Assembly (NCBI RefSeq): GCF_037042905.1
Contig: NC_087250.1
Span: forward strand, 8,124,001 to 8,188,000
Length of the DNA stretch: 64,000 bases
Source of the DNA: Lytechinus pictus
Lineage: Eukaryota
Direction: 5' to 3'
Shown: positions 29,001 through 41,300 of the stretch, piece after piece
How the letters are laid out: every line of letters starts with the position of its first letter
Numbering within the stretch: the first letter of the stretch is position 1
Program-made: the position numbers and the translations under genes
Notes under the pieces: generated by a model
Told to the model about the DNA's origin: nothing
Databases searched by the model: none
Seen by the model: only the letters and a program-made list of their open reading frames with translations

Positions 29001-32000
29001 TTCCACGTTTTATGAACTAGACCAATACACTTATAGAGATATGATGGCAATTCAACAAATACCCCCAACGTGGCCAAAGTTCTTTGACCTTACATGACCT
29101 TTGACCTTGATCATGTGACCTGAAACTCGCACAGGATGTTCAGTGATACTTGATTACTATTATGTCCAAGTTTTATGAACTAGACCAACACACTTTCAAA
29201 TTTATGGCTGTAATTCAACAAATACCCCAATTTGGCCGAAGTTCATTGACCCTAAATGACCTTTGACCTTGATCATGTGACCTGAAACTTGCACAGGATG
29301 TTCAGTAATACTTGATTACTATTATGTCCAAGTTTCATGAATCAGATCCATAAACTTTCAAAGTTATGATGGTAATTCAACAGATACCCCCAATTCGGCC
29401 AAAGTTCATTGACCCTAAATGACCTTTGACCTTGGTCATGTGACGTGAAACTCATGCAGGATGTTCAGTGATACTTGATTAACCTTATGTATAAGTTTCA
29501 TGAACTAGGTCCATATATTTTCTAAGTTATGATGACATTTCAAAAACTTAACCTTAGGTTAAGATTTTGATGTTGATTCCCCCAACATGGTCTAAGTTCA
29601 TTGACCCTAAATGACCTTTGACCTTGGTCATGTGACATGAAACTCAGGCAGGATGTTCAGTAATACTTGATTAACCTTATGGCCAAGTTTCATGAACTAG
29701 GTCCATATACTTTCTAAGTTATGCTGTCATTTCAAAAACTTAACCTCAGGTTAAGATTTGGTGTTGACGCCGCCGCCGCCGTCGCCGTCGCCGCCGCCGT
29801 CGCCGCCGCCGTCGCCGTCGGAAAAGCGGCGCCTATAGTCTCACTCTGCTATGCAGGTGAGACAAAAAGGGGAAAGAATTACCTAACTAACCCAAACAAA
29901 CAATCAAAATAATAATTACATAAAAAATGAATAAGTAGTGATGATTTGGTATTTACAATTTCTCCTAAAAACATTAAGAGAGCAACTATCCTTAAGTTCC
30001 TTTGATAAAGTATTCCAAATTAATGGTCCCCTATATAAAATTGAGTTTTGAAATAATTTTGTTCTTACTTTAGGTATATGAAAATCATTATTGCCCCTGG
30101 TTGTATAATTACAATGGTTGTATAATTATACAATTAATTGGTATCTTTTTGAGTTACATAAATTCCATAATCATCCTAGACAATCTAAATCATATTCCTT
30201 ATAATTGAAATAGATTTGTATGATATATTTATTTGATCTGTTATTAATAATAATAATAATAATAAAAATAATACATAAGATTTATATAGCACACTATTCC
30301 TATTAAATGGTTGTATTAATTCAAATGCTGTTCCGTTTTTTTCCTTTTTTGTTAGAGACTTGCAAACATACAGTGAATTGCCAATAGCCATTAAATAGAG
30401 TGATTGGAGAAAATGTGTAGAACAGAGAACAAGTCATACACGTGGTTGTTAAGTGCAAAAATGTGAAATAAATATTGTGGAATGAATATGATGAACATTT
30501 GAAGAAAAATTAATAAAGATTCGTTCATTTTGAAAAGATTTACTGTTATTAGAAATACCATCGAATGATGGCAAAGTAAATTTGAAAAAAAAAATGGGAA
30601 AACAAAATTTGAATCACAAGATATGAAAGAACGATTATACTTACAATGTACGATGTCCCAAAGCTGTCATCTACCAGATTTGATCCGCCGATAATGAGTT
30701 TATCATGCCCGAGTTCCAAGTCGAATTCGGTGAAATGAATACGGACTTGAAAACCACCTCGAACTTGGATTATCCACTGGCAATCGGCATCATTTGGGTA
30801 ATACCCGCCGGCGAGCTGTGGCGAGGAGACGACGCCGTTCAGGTCCAAGCGAGTTTCAATCAGGCAAGCATCTGTCAAAATGTCAACCATTAAAACTTTG
30901 CATCAGGCTTTGTTAAATTCCAAAAAAAGTTGCCAATTTTAATAGTTACTGTTTGAAATAATGAAAATTGTACATTTTGACACACGTGCAAAGAAGGTGA
31001 TGTTAAATTTATATATTTATGGGAAAAATATTAAATCATATCGTCAAACTTCTCAAGCCTATGATACTATCTGCGCATGCCTGTAATGTGAAATGGCCTT
31101 TATTAGGAAAAAGGTGATGGCGTACGCGTTGAAACGGAATTAGATAAAAGTCCTATTAAAGGTTTCATTAAAAAGCAATATAAAAGATATAGCAATTATT
31201 ACAATTTTGTCAGATTTATAGAGCACAATCATTTACAGTGAATCTTTAACCAATTTGTTAAAATGATTAATCCAATACCACAAACATATGCCTACTGGTC
31301 AAGCAATTCAAATGTCTACTATCCGTCTCCAGCTACTATTTTTCTCTGACAAGTAGATGCTTTATCTACACACCATAATCATCACCATAATCATCGTCAT
31401 TATCATCTTCATCATCATCATCTTCATCTCCATCATTTTCATCATCATTACCATCATCATAGCCGTCATAATCATCATCATCATAATTACCATTATCATT
31501 ATCATGACTTTCATTGTAATAAACATCGACGCCATCACCAAAAACATCATCTTCACTATCACCTCATGCAATGATAAATTTATCAAAGCTTACCGTCATC
31601 AAGTGTGAGTTCAATGTCGACCTCGTCGGCCATGAGATCTTCGGCAGAGAATACGATCCAGAGATCACCGTTGTAAGTAGAATAGGTCTGGTTCCCGACA
31701 TCGCCTGTCATCAACTTCAATCGACTGCCAATATCAGTCGGGTCGGACCCGTAACCGATCTCCAACCAATCATACAAGGATTCTATTCCGGATACAAATA
31801 TGATTAATTTCTTTAGGTATACGTTGATACAATGGCATTATCTTATTGGTCAAACACGTATCCCTACATAACAATTTAATTGTAATTGTTCCAAAGCCTT
31901 TTGCAGTTATGATACAACAAGTGTCGAAGGCGGAGTGTTTCATTATCTTGTATATGTATATAGTTAGTGCTACATGAAAACCCATTATAATAATTTTTCA

Positions 32001-32365
32001 TTTATTAACAGTTTTTAATTTTCCTTAGATATATATACTCAACGTTGTATACAGTTAAGTCCAAATGAGCCATGTTAACGTTTAATATTAAGCATAATAT
32101 TGTTATTATTAGAATTATTCATTAATTGTTTAAATCGGGACCACGTGATCCACTTAACATGGATGATTACTTACCAGACATCGACGATACACGTACGTTC
32201 ACATTTGTCAGGATCGATGTGTGAACAAGCCATTGGCAATACACGTGTGTCATGGTAGAGGAGAAATTCCCGATGTGAATGGATCCTACCCCATTTGAGG
32301 TTGTCAGATCCAGAGTTCCACCGCAACCGTAATCTGGGTTTTAAAGATTTAAGTGTGGTGTAATA

Positions 32366-32397
<32 letters not shown>

Positions 32398-35300
32398 TAA
32401 TATCAAGCTTATTCATCATAATTATCAATAATTATAATGATAATATTATAAACATAATGGCATATGTACTACTGGTTAGTGTGTAGACCAAACGGCAATT
32501 AGACCGCATTGGTAATAAACCAATCTGGGGACCGTTTCATGAAAGTTGTCAGCACTGACAAGTTGTCTTTCTCATACAGTTACCATAGTAACAGTCAGTG
32601 CCTTTCAGCCAATCAAAACCAAGGATTTCACTGAAATTGTCAGCACTGACAATTTAGTCAGTGCTGACAACTTTCATGAAACGCCCACCGGGTTTGCTCT
32701 AAGTGAGTATTAGTAGAAAAGACAGAAGTCCTCAGCAATTATTTTTCTATTTAAAAATTTGTGGCTTTTGTAATAGCAAATTTGGACAGATTTTGTGGAA
32801 CACTCTGATTTCGTCTGCGTTCAATTAGGTTATTTGACAATTTTATTCAACATTCATTTCAAAAGCATTGTTACTGTTATGCCATTGGTGTTGTTTACGT
32901 TATACTGGAGGGGGCAACTCGAAAAGCTTGTAGCGAATTCATATTGCATTCTAGTTCTTGTTTTTCCTTTGTCATGATAACCCGCATTCACCTTGAACAT
33001 GATCCACGGTTAACGTAAGCGAGCGGCTTCTGTTTGATGACCCGGAAGTGAAGACCAAGGTCACGCCGTGACCTTCCTGGAGGAAGATGTATTCATCACT
33101 AATTGAGCCCGTGAGCTGGCGGCGATAATTGGACCAGTCGGTGGGATCAAGACCGGTAAAAACATGCAGAGAATCAATTCTAAGAATGAAAGAGAGAGAG
33201 AAAGACAAAAAACATATGATTTGCTTGTTAAAATTTTGAAATCTTTTAAAATCTTGACTACTTCTTAATATACATGTACTTCCGAGACACGCATATCACC
33301 ATAATGCATCGGCGTACCTTTATAGGTAATCGCGTCAAGAGTTGAGTCAAGTGTCAATGTCATTGGAGTATAGGCCTATTTGAAACACCCTCGTCTACTT
33401 AGATTTTTTTTCATTAAGTTTCATTCATTCATTCTATTCACAAATGATATACCTGTTTTTTTAGTATACTTCCTTGGACCCAGAAATCTTGCTTAATAAA
33501 CCTCATGTATTGACGTCGTCGTGCCGCCATCTTAGAGGCTGAAGCCATTGCCTCGCAGGTGTCACGGGCCTAATTCATTTCCCATAGACTCGTGTGTTAA
33601 AGTGGCACTTCATAAAAAAATCATAAAAAGATAAGGAGGAAATTCGATGGTTGAATGTTTACTACTACCAATGGAGAAACACTATACCCTTATATCCCTT
33701 ATTCACACTCTTCATTTTTTACCATTCGTTTCTCCACCGTTTTCACTTCTTGAATAATCATACACCCTTACAGCACAGCTCTTGCCCCCGCCTTTAATTC
33801 TTACCCCTCTTCTGTATCCATTTCCTCGACAAAGACTTGAATCCTTGATGCAGCCTCGTTGTTGGTTATTCTGTAGACACAGACGAGATCAGATGTGTCA
33901 GCGGGAAGGCTGAAGAAAAGAGCTGTAAACAAAAAAAGGAAAGAAATTGGTGTTTAATAGATCAGAAAGTTAACCATAGATTGATGAACAGATGCTATAT
34001 GGATGGATAGATAGATGTATAAATGGATTTATTTATTTATTTATTGATAGATACATTTGTTGATTGCTTGTTTGATGGATTGGTTGATTGTTTGATTTAT
34101 ACATTGATTGCTTGGTTGGTTGATTGATTAGTTGATAGAAAGAATGATTGATTGGTTAGTCTATTAATGATTTATTTAATGACTGAAGATTGATTGATTG
34201 ATTGATTATCAGGTTGGAGGTCCAGAAACTTTTTTTATTTTTCTGATTTCGTGTGAAAAAAACCCAGCGGTCTCATAAACGGTTCTTGTGAGTAATCTGT
34301 ATAAAACTTTTTATTTATTTGAACTTGCTATGTTGATGAAGTAAAAAAAATTTAAGATTGTTTTTGTGAAGATACTAATTTGAAAAACTATAGTAGTAAT
34401 GTGCTTTCGACAAATGTTTTAAAGAGCTCTTTATACATATACAAGAGTCAAAGAAAAATAAAATCACACGAAAATAATGGCCAGTACTTATCACAAACAT
34501 TTCGTGAAAATCAGGATGGTCAATAGATAAATCTTTCAGATTCTTTGAACGATTATTTCGATATGCACGTAGGACCTACCAAAGTTGATAGTGCTTGAAT
34601 AAATTAAAATAAGATTAGTGTTTTATTCAAGGCTTTATCTGTGTTATCTACATCCGGGATACAAGGTCGTTCAATGCCTATTTTGAATGTTGAAATCCTA
34701 CGGAAAAGCAAAAGTTGGTGAACTTTTGCCTATATCATATAGGAACAACACATAGGCCTAAGCGAATACAATATGCATCTATGCTCGTGGCTCACAGTTA
34801 AAATTCAATCAATTTTTCCGATTTCACTTATGTGTGCATTTGTAAATCCATAACACAGTTTTGTTATCCGCATATTTCCACATGAGAAATATACATGTAA
34901 TTGCCCTTGTATCATTAATGTATTTCCTTCATAATCCGTGTTTTATAACAGTAAGCATGTCGAAGATTTTATGGCTGTATCATGATTGGATGAATGTGTA
35001 TCATACACTGCAAACAAAAAGTGTTAAAACTACAAGTTTTCATAAGTCACGAATTTTACATCAGTGTAAAACTTAAGGTGCAAATTCAACACCTATTGTT
35101 AACACAATCTGTTTCTCAATTTCAATGGTGTATTTTCAACACCTGAGGGTGGGGTCCCCTGAGAACAGACTAGTGTTGTTTTTAGCACCGTAGTTTTACA
35201 GTGTACAGACCTTATGTAAATGACGTCATATTTCCAAAGCGCCCTCCTTCAGAGGATATTCGGATATGCGTAAAGGGGTTGTCATTATATGCGCAAGCTG

Positions 35301-38300
35301 GATGCAAATCACCAACACATGCAATTCATTGGCTAGTCTGCAGGCACAGACCCTTGGTTTTCAAATTTACATAGTGTATGATGCATAATCTGAAGCAGTG
35401 AGACTATTCACTATATACTGTGGCTACCTATATACTGACACAGACATAGAGTTTGGAGTCTTACCGCTAGATAGGGTATCGGTTGAAGTGTGAAATGTGA
35501 TCCCTGGCAATGGCTTCAGTCTCTAAAATGGAGGTCCGATGACGTAATTGCATGAGGTTTAATAAATCAGGAAGCAACTAAGGCATTATTTCTTACCAGA
35601 TTGTTCCAGTGTGAAGTTGCCTCCGCAGGATGAAGATTCGGGTTTTTCTTCCATCTGTGTGACTGGAGAGAAATAAAAGATATGTTCATTCAAAATCCTA
35701 AGGTTGGAATCGTGGCCTTACGCATATATATATTTTAATTTTTGCGGGAGGGGGGGGGGTACTTTTGGCATTTTTTTTGAAAATTTTCATTAAGAATTTT
35801 TAAAGTCTTCAAAATTTATGGGGAGGGGGGCAACTGTCCCTCCGCTGCGTAGGCCTACAGCTATGGTTGGAAAGAAATCGAGTCACGATTCCATTGTCAC
35901 ATTATTTTGAAGAACCGACTCCATATATACCTATACCAAATCTATTACATCGTTTCCAATGACATACCATCTGTCGATTTGGAGTGGTTTCGTTGATGTG
36001 ATTGTAAGCATCGAACTGCATTCTTAAAAATATTGGGTAAAAGTGCTCCATGAGGATAATTATGTATCCAACCAACATTGGGCATTTCTTTTGGGCATTT
36101 TTATTTATCCAGTCAGACGAAAATTTTGCCCATTCTAAAGTAATTGCTGCTTATTTTTTAAGCCTTACTGGACAATATGCTTCCCGCATTGGGTAGAATA
36201 CTGCCCCAAATTGGTTGGACACACAACTACCCTCGGGGTGGTAAAAAAATTACCCAATATTGTTTACAGTGTGCAGATATTTTTCAACATAGTATGCAAA
36301 CAAAAGAAAACTATAACCTCATCCTTTTATTCCATATTCTCCTTTTTCTGATCTTCTTTTACCATCATTTTTCTCCTCCAACTTTCTTAGTATTCTTATC
36401 CTTTCTATAATTTCTAATCTTCTTCTTCAACTCTTCTTAAATCTCCTCGTTCTTCTCCCTTTTTATTCTTAGTGTCACTCTTTTGCCTTCTTCTTGTCCC
36501 TTTTTTGTCTCTTTTTTCGCCTTCTTCTTCCTCTCCTCTATCTTTTCTTTTTTCTTCCTGTCCCTTTAAGTTCTCATTCTTATTTTTCAACAATGCCTTC
36601 TATTTCTTCATCTCCATATTCTAGACCGATATATCTTACTACGTTATTCTTATTGTAGTATTTATAATTCTGCTTCTTATTCCCCTTCTAACTTTGATTG
36701 TTTCTATTTATTTTCACTACGGGCCTTTTCACACGTGAATCTTGAATCATCATTGTAATGTGGTTTTCCATTCTAATCGTGACTGTTATTAGCGTTCGTG
36801 ATTCTAATCGTGTTCTAGTTTGTTTTCACACGTGCTAAATATTCGTCATTAGCCTTATTTTTCACTGGAATCATCAATCAAATTGCGGATTTTTTTACCG
36901 TGTGAAAGGGCGGTAAGTGTATTTCTTTTTGTTCTTGCTATACCCTATACCCGTTTAATTCTATCACTTACCACTGCTTGTTTCAACAATTACATGAAAT
37001 CCTGATGCCCGATCCGAGTAATCAGACCGAAATTCCGCAATGACGTAATCCATGTCTGCTACCATGATTGGTCCCATGCTCGTAGTGGGCGTGCCCATTT
37101 GCGATAGAACTTCTACCGGGTCACCGGTCGCTAAGAATGCGGTCAACTTCATCCAATCATGTTCCTCCATTTCCAGGTCGACCACGGTGATCGTCAATGG
37201 ACCCGATGACGTAATGTTCCAAATATAGTGAGTGTTGTCATCGTAAAACATGGGGTAGTCGTTGCTGTAAAGATGAAGTGGCTTGCCCGGCTTAGCAGCC
37301 ACCTCGTAAAAAGTTTCTTTGACAGGAACTGCGTCTGAAAAAGGATTATGATTAGAAGGAATATGACGAACATATACCATACTGTTTGCTCATTTCCATT
37401 TATGCTCAATATTATACTGTTTTTTTGTTTTGTTTTACGAAGTAAGAATGCTCGCCTGTACAATTTGTACTTCATTTATATTACTTTATATATTACTTTG
37501 AATTGTGTTTTTAATGGAAATGGAATAAAGAATTAAATTGAATTGTTAAGACTTTTTGCATTTCATGCTGTAGTTCATACTTTCTCGAATATAAGCCCTC
37601 AAAATGTGAAATAAGAATAGTAAGTTCTTCTCAAAGGATAATCGAATCCTATTAGAAAATGACGAAGACAAAAATGTTACTGTGACACTAGTCGCGAAAA
37701 GAACAGAATGAAAAAAAAATCAAATAATCGAGAGAGAAAACGAAAATGTGATATAGTATAGGATAGAGATAAAGTATATGAGAGGGTCTAGATGATTGCG
37801 AGGGTGGGTACGCTTAGCTATGGTAATTTTGGCGTGTCTGCTAGTATGCGTGTGTGTGGGATAGGTTTGTGTGTGTGGGTGGATGCGTGATGCATTATCT
37901 GTTTGGTGGTATAGTGTGTGATGGTGTTTGTTTATGCGTTGTGTGCGGGGGAGCGCGCGTGTGAGGTTGAGGGTGTGGGTGAGGGAGTGGGTGTGCGTTG
38001 GGATTTACTTCTTGGTGGGGTTGTGAGGAGTGCGTGCATGCGTATAAAAGGGTGTTTGTGAAGGTAAGGGTATAACATGGTATGTACAATCATATGTTTT
38101 GTATGCAAAACCTGGGCCCCGTCTTACAAAGAGTTGCAATTGATCCAATCAATCGTAACTCTATGGAAATCCATCAGTGTCATAATTTTTTCATCAGGAA
38201 TTTGCATTTGTAAACAAAGGAGAACACACAAAGTTGTCTAGAAATCAATAAAATATTGGATATACATTCGTATCTAGATTTTTTTTAACAAACGTGCATT

Positions 38301-41300
38301 TTATATGTTGCCTTTGCTGGCTTTCCAAAGAGTTGCGATTGATCGGATCAATCGCTACTATTTGTAAGACGGGGCCCTGGAAAGGATGGATCAAGCAGAA
38401 CAAATAATATAGAAACACAAGGAATAAATAGCCCATAAAAATCTAAAGAACTGTAAGCAGAATGACTCATTACGATAATTATCTACAAATTTGAAAGGAA
38501 AAATACCATACCTCTGGGATATTCGTCGTAAACCATTTGGAAACCGGTTCCGTTGGTGTTGACCCCATCAGATACAAATGTGACATGGAATACGGTGCTT
38601 AGGAAAGTCTTGGGAATTGCACTGCCGGTCACCCACTAAAGGGAAGGGGGAAAGAAATATACAGAGGGCCAATGCGAGAGAGAGAGGGGGGGAGGGGTAA
38701 AGGGTATGAGAGGGGAGAGGTAGATGGAGAGAGAAAGGGATGAGGAGATTGAGTGTGTGGATTTATGGATAAAAGGAGCCACGATAAAAACATGGGATGA
38801 AAATCCCATGTTTATCTTGAATTTTGTTACTTAGTAAATGACACTCTTTGAAATCTTAAAAAAAATCATCATGAAAATCATCGACATTGAGCGAAGCATG
38901 GTCTTGGAATTAACTCCAACCCTAAAAAAAGTATTTCTAAATTAACAAAGTTCTCCTGAAATCTTTGGATATTATAGGGGAATGATTGCAAATTAATAGG
39001 TCAGGCTAAACCACGTGGATGAAAAATACTTTAGAAATAGTTCATGACTATCAGTTTTTATAGAAACACGTGTTCATTGTGGTAAATAAATCACTGCTAG
39101 TATCGGCAGTTGAGTCTGCTTAGAACCAAGTTTGAGCACAAACCGTTTTCTGAGAATCATTCATTCATTCGAATAAATATCTATTTTCTTCCATTTTCAC
39201 CAAATACAATTTTTGATAGAAATCATTGTCGTAAAATAGCAAAAAGATTGACATCCTCAAAAAAAAATATATGGGCACATCTGGTCTTGATAAGGAGTTA
39301 GGCCTATTCTAGTACTAAGGTGTCACGGGGGGTGTTTACTATTTTTCTTGTATTCAACTGCGACAAGAATTAGTTCTCGAAAAAAAATTGACACCGCAGT
39401 AACATAAAAACGTACAAGGTCCGTAACTCATTACCAGCTGTTTAAACTTAAACCATGCAACTTTGGTGTCGAAATGACATCAATTAACTTAGGCCTAGTG
39501 TCACATAATGTTACTAACTTTGGTGTCAAATGAACACCAGGGTTTGCAAAATAAAGGCATACATCATCATGATGGTATGGTTTCCTTGCCGGTTGGTGCC
39601 TTAAGTATCCGTGGTGTTAATCCTAACACCGTTCTTTATGCAAAAAAAAAAATGATAAAACATAAAGATTTACCGTGACAGCTCCGTACTCATCCTCAAC
39701 CATAACGCCATCCCCGTCGTCTCTGAAATCAACGCTTTGAAACTGTAATCGAGTTAGACGTCCATTGCCGGCCGTCAGCGTCATCGAACATTCAAGGCTG
39801 TTTGCGTATGGGCTCGGGAATCCCGGAGATTCTAGCGTTCCCGGATATGTCATATTATTCCCGCAGATATCGGTGGCTGTAGAGAAATATCATGAAGAGA
39901 GAAAAGAAAATGAAAATGAGAGGAACCGCATTCTGTATCTTTTTATTTTTATTAGGTTAAATCATTGCTATAGTCAGCGGGGGAGGAGGTGGGTGTTTCA
40001 GGCAATTGCCCCTCTCCAGAAATTTTGAAAACTTTCAAGATAAAAAAAAATCACAATTATGCACGGAATCCTTAACCTTCAATGACTCATCGCTCTCTCG
40101 CTTTTGAGTTTCTTTGAATATTTCCATGCGCCGCCCCCCCCCCCCCGAGGAAAATTCTGCGTATACAGAAATGGGCTTGATGTTTCTTTTATTCAGTTCT
40201 TCCTTACAGCGGAGGTCGTATCCGAGTGTTTGTTCCACCTTCTAATTGAGGCATGCAAGGTTCGATCTAATACAAGCTATTTTACAATTTTAATCGAGAG
40301 GTTAAAAACATGCATTCATATCATGTTGCTTGTGAAATACATGTTGCGGCAAAGGACATTTATAAATTCTCTTTTGTTTTATCTTCCATTAAATTATAGG
40401 TATTAATTAGTACCGCTTAAATCTTTAACAAATATCATATTAAAGCACACTCTTAACGTTCACGAATAGCCGTAGATACAAAGGTGGTTGTATGACTAAG
40501 ACCATGCAATGCTTGACCTAAAATCACTGATCATACAGTAAAATGAGGGTCAAATTCACCCAAAAAGGAACTTTGGGTTTCATTATGAAGAATGGTTTGA
40601 AGTTGAGTGGCTTCATAATTAGATCCACTGCGCAAATACGATTACGTTTAATAGTACAACCTTTGTCTTTGAGTCAATATCGGTCTGATAATTGATCAAA
40701 GACTAACTAGAGTTTAGAAGCAAATTTTAAGGTTTTTAAACGACCCTTGTCCCATGTTAATATGTCATGTAAAAGATTCCAGTTTCAAGACCTATTTCTC
40801 TATACCCATTTCAATACATATGTATATAAATTACATCACTCAAAAAGAAGAGCTTCATGTAAAAAAGACAAATTAGATTAAAGAATCAGATCCCACCAGA
40901 AAGCCAAGTTAGTTTTGATGAAAGCCTAAAATAGCTTTTGTTTTACCCGTCATAGCGCACGGTGTGCATTACCGTACTTTACTGAATGACTTTAAAAAGC
41001 GGGGGAATATCTTCTTGCTACTCATGTTGCATCATGAATTATAAAAAAGGGGCACTTAAAACCTAAAATGGTTGCCTTTGTTCTCCCCCAAAGAGTAATA
41101 ACAATAAATAATGAAATGCGTGAATAAATAAATGAAAATAAATAAATAAATATATGAATAAATAAATAAATAAATAGAGAAAGAAACATATATAAATGAT
41201 AATAAAACAAATAAAACGAATAAGATAATCACAATAATATTGATAGCAATATATCAAATGGAAAATAATAAAAAAACACGAAAATCAGCATTCTTGGCAC

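Noticed and set aside
33495..35562. Inverted ~55-bp copies flanking exon 6 as the ends of one exon-capturing element
   Set aside because: The right copy pairs better with a local end at ~35207, and exon 6 is in frame with its neighbours, so these are separate MITE fragments.
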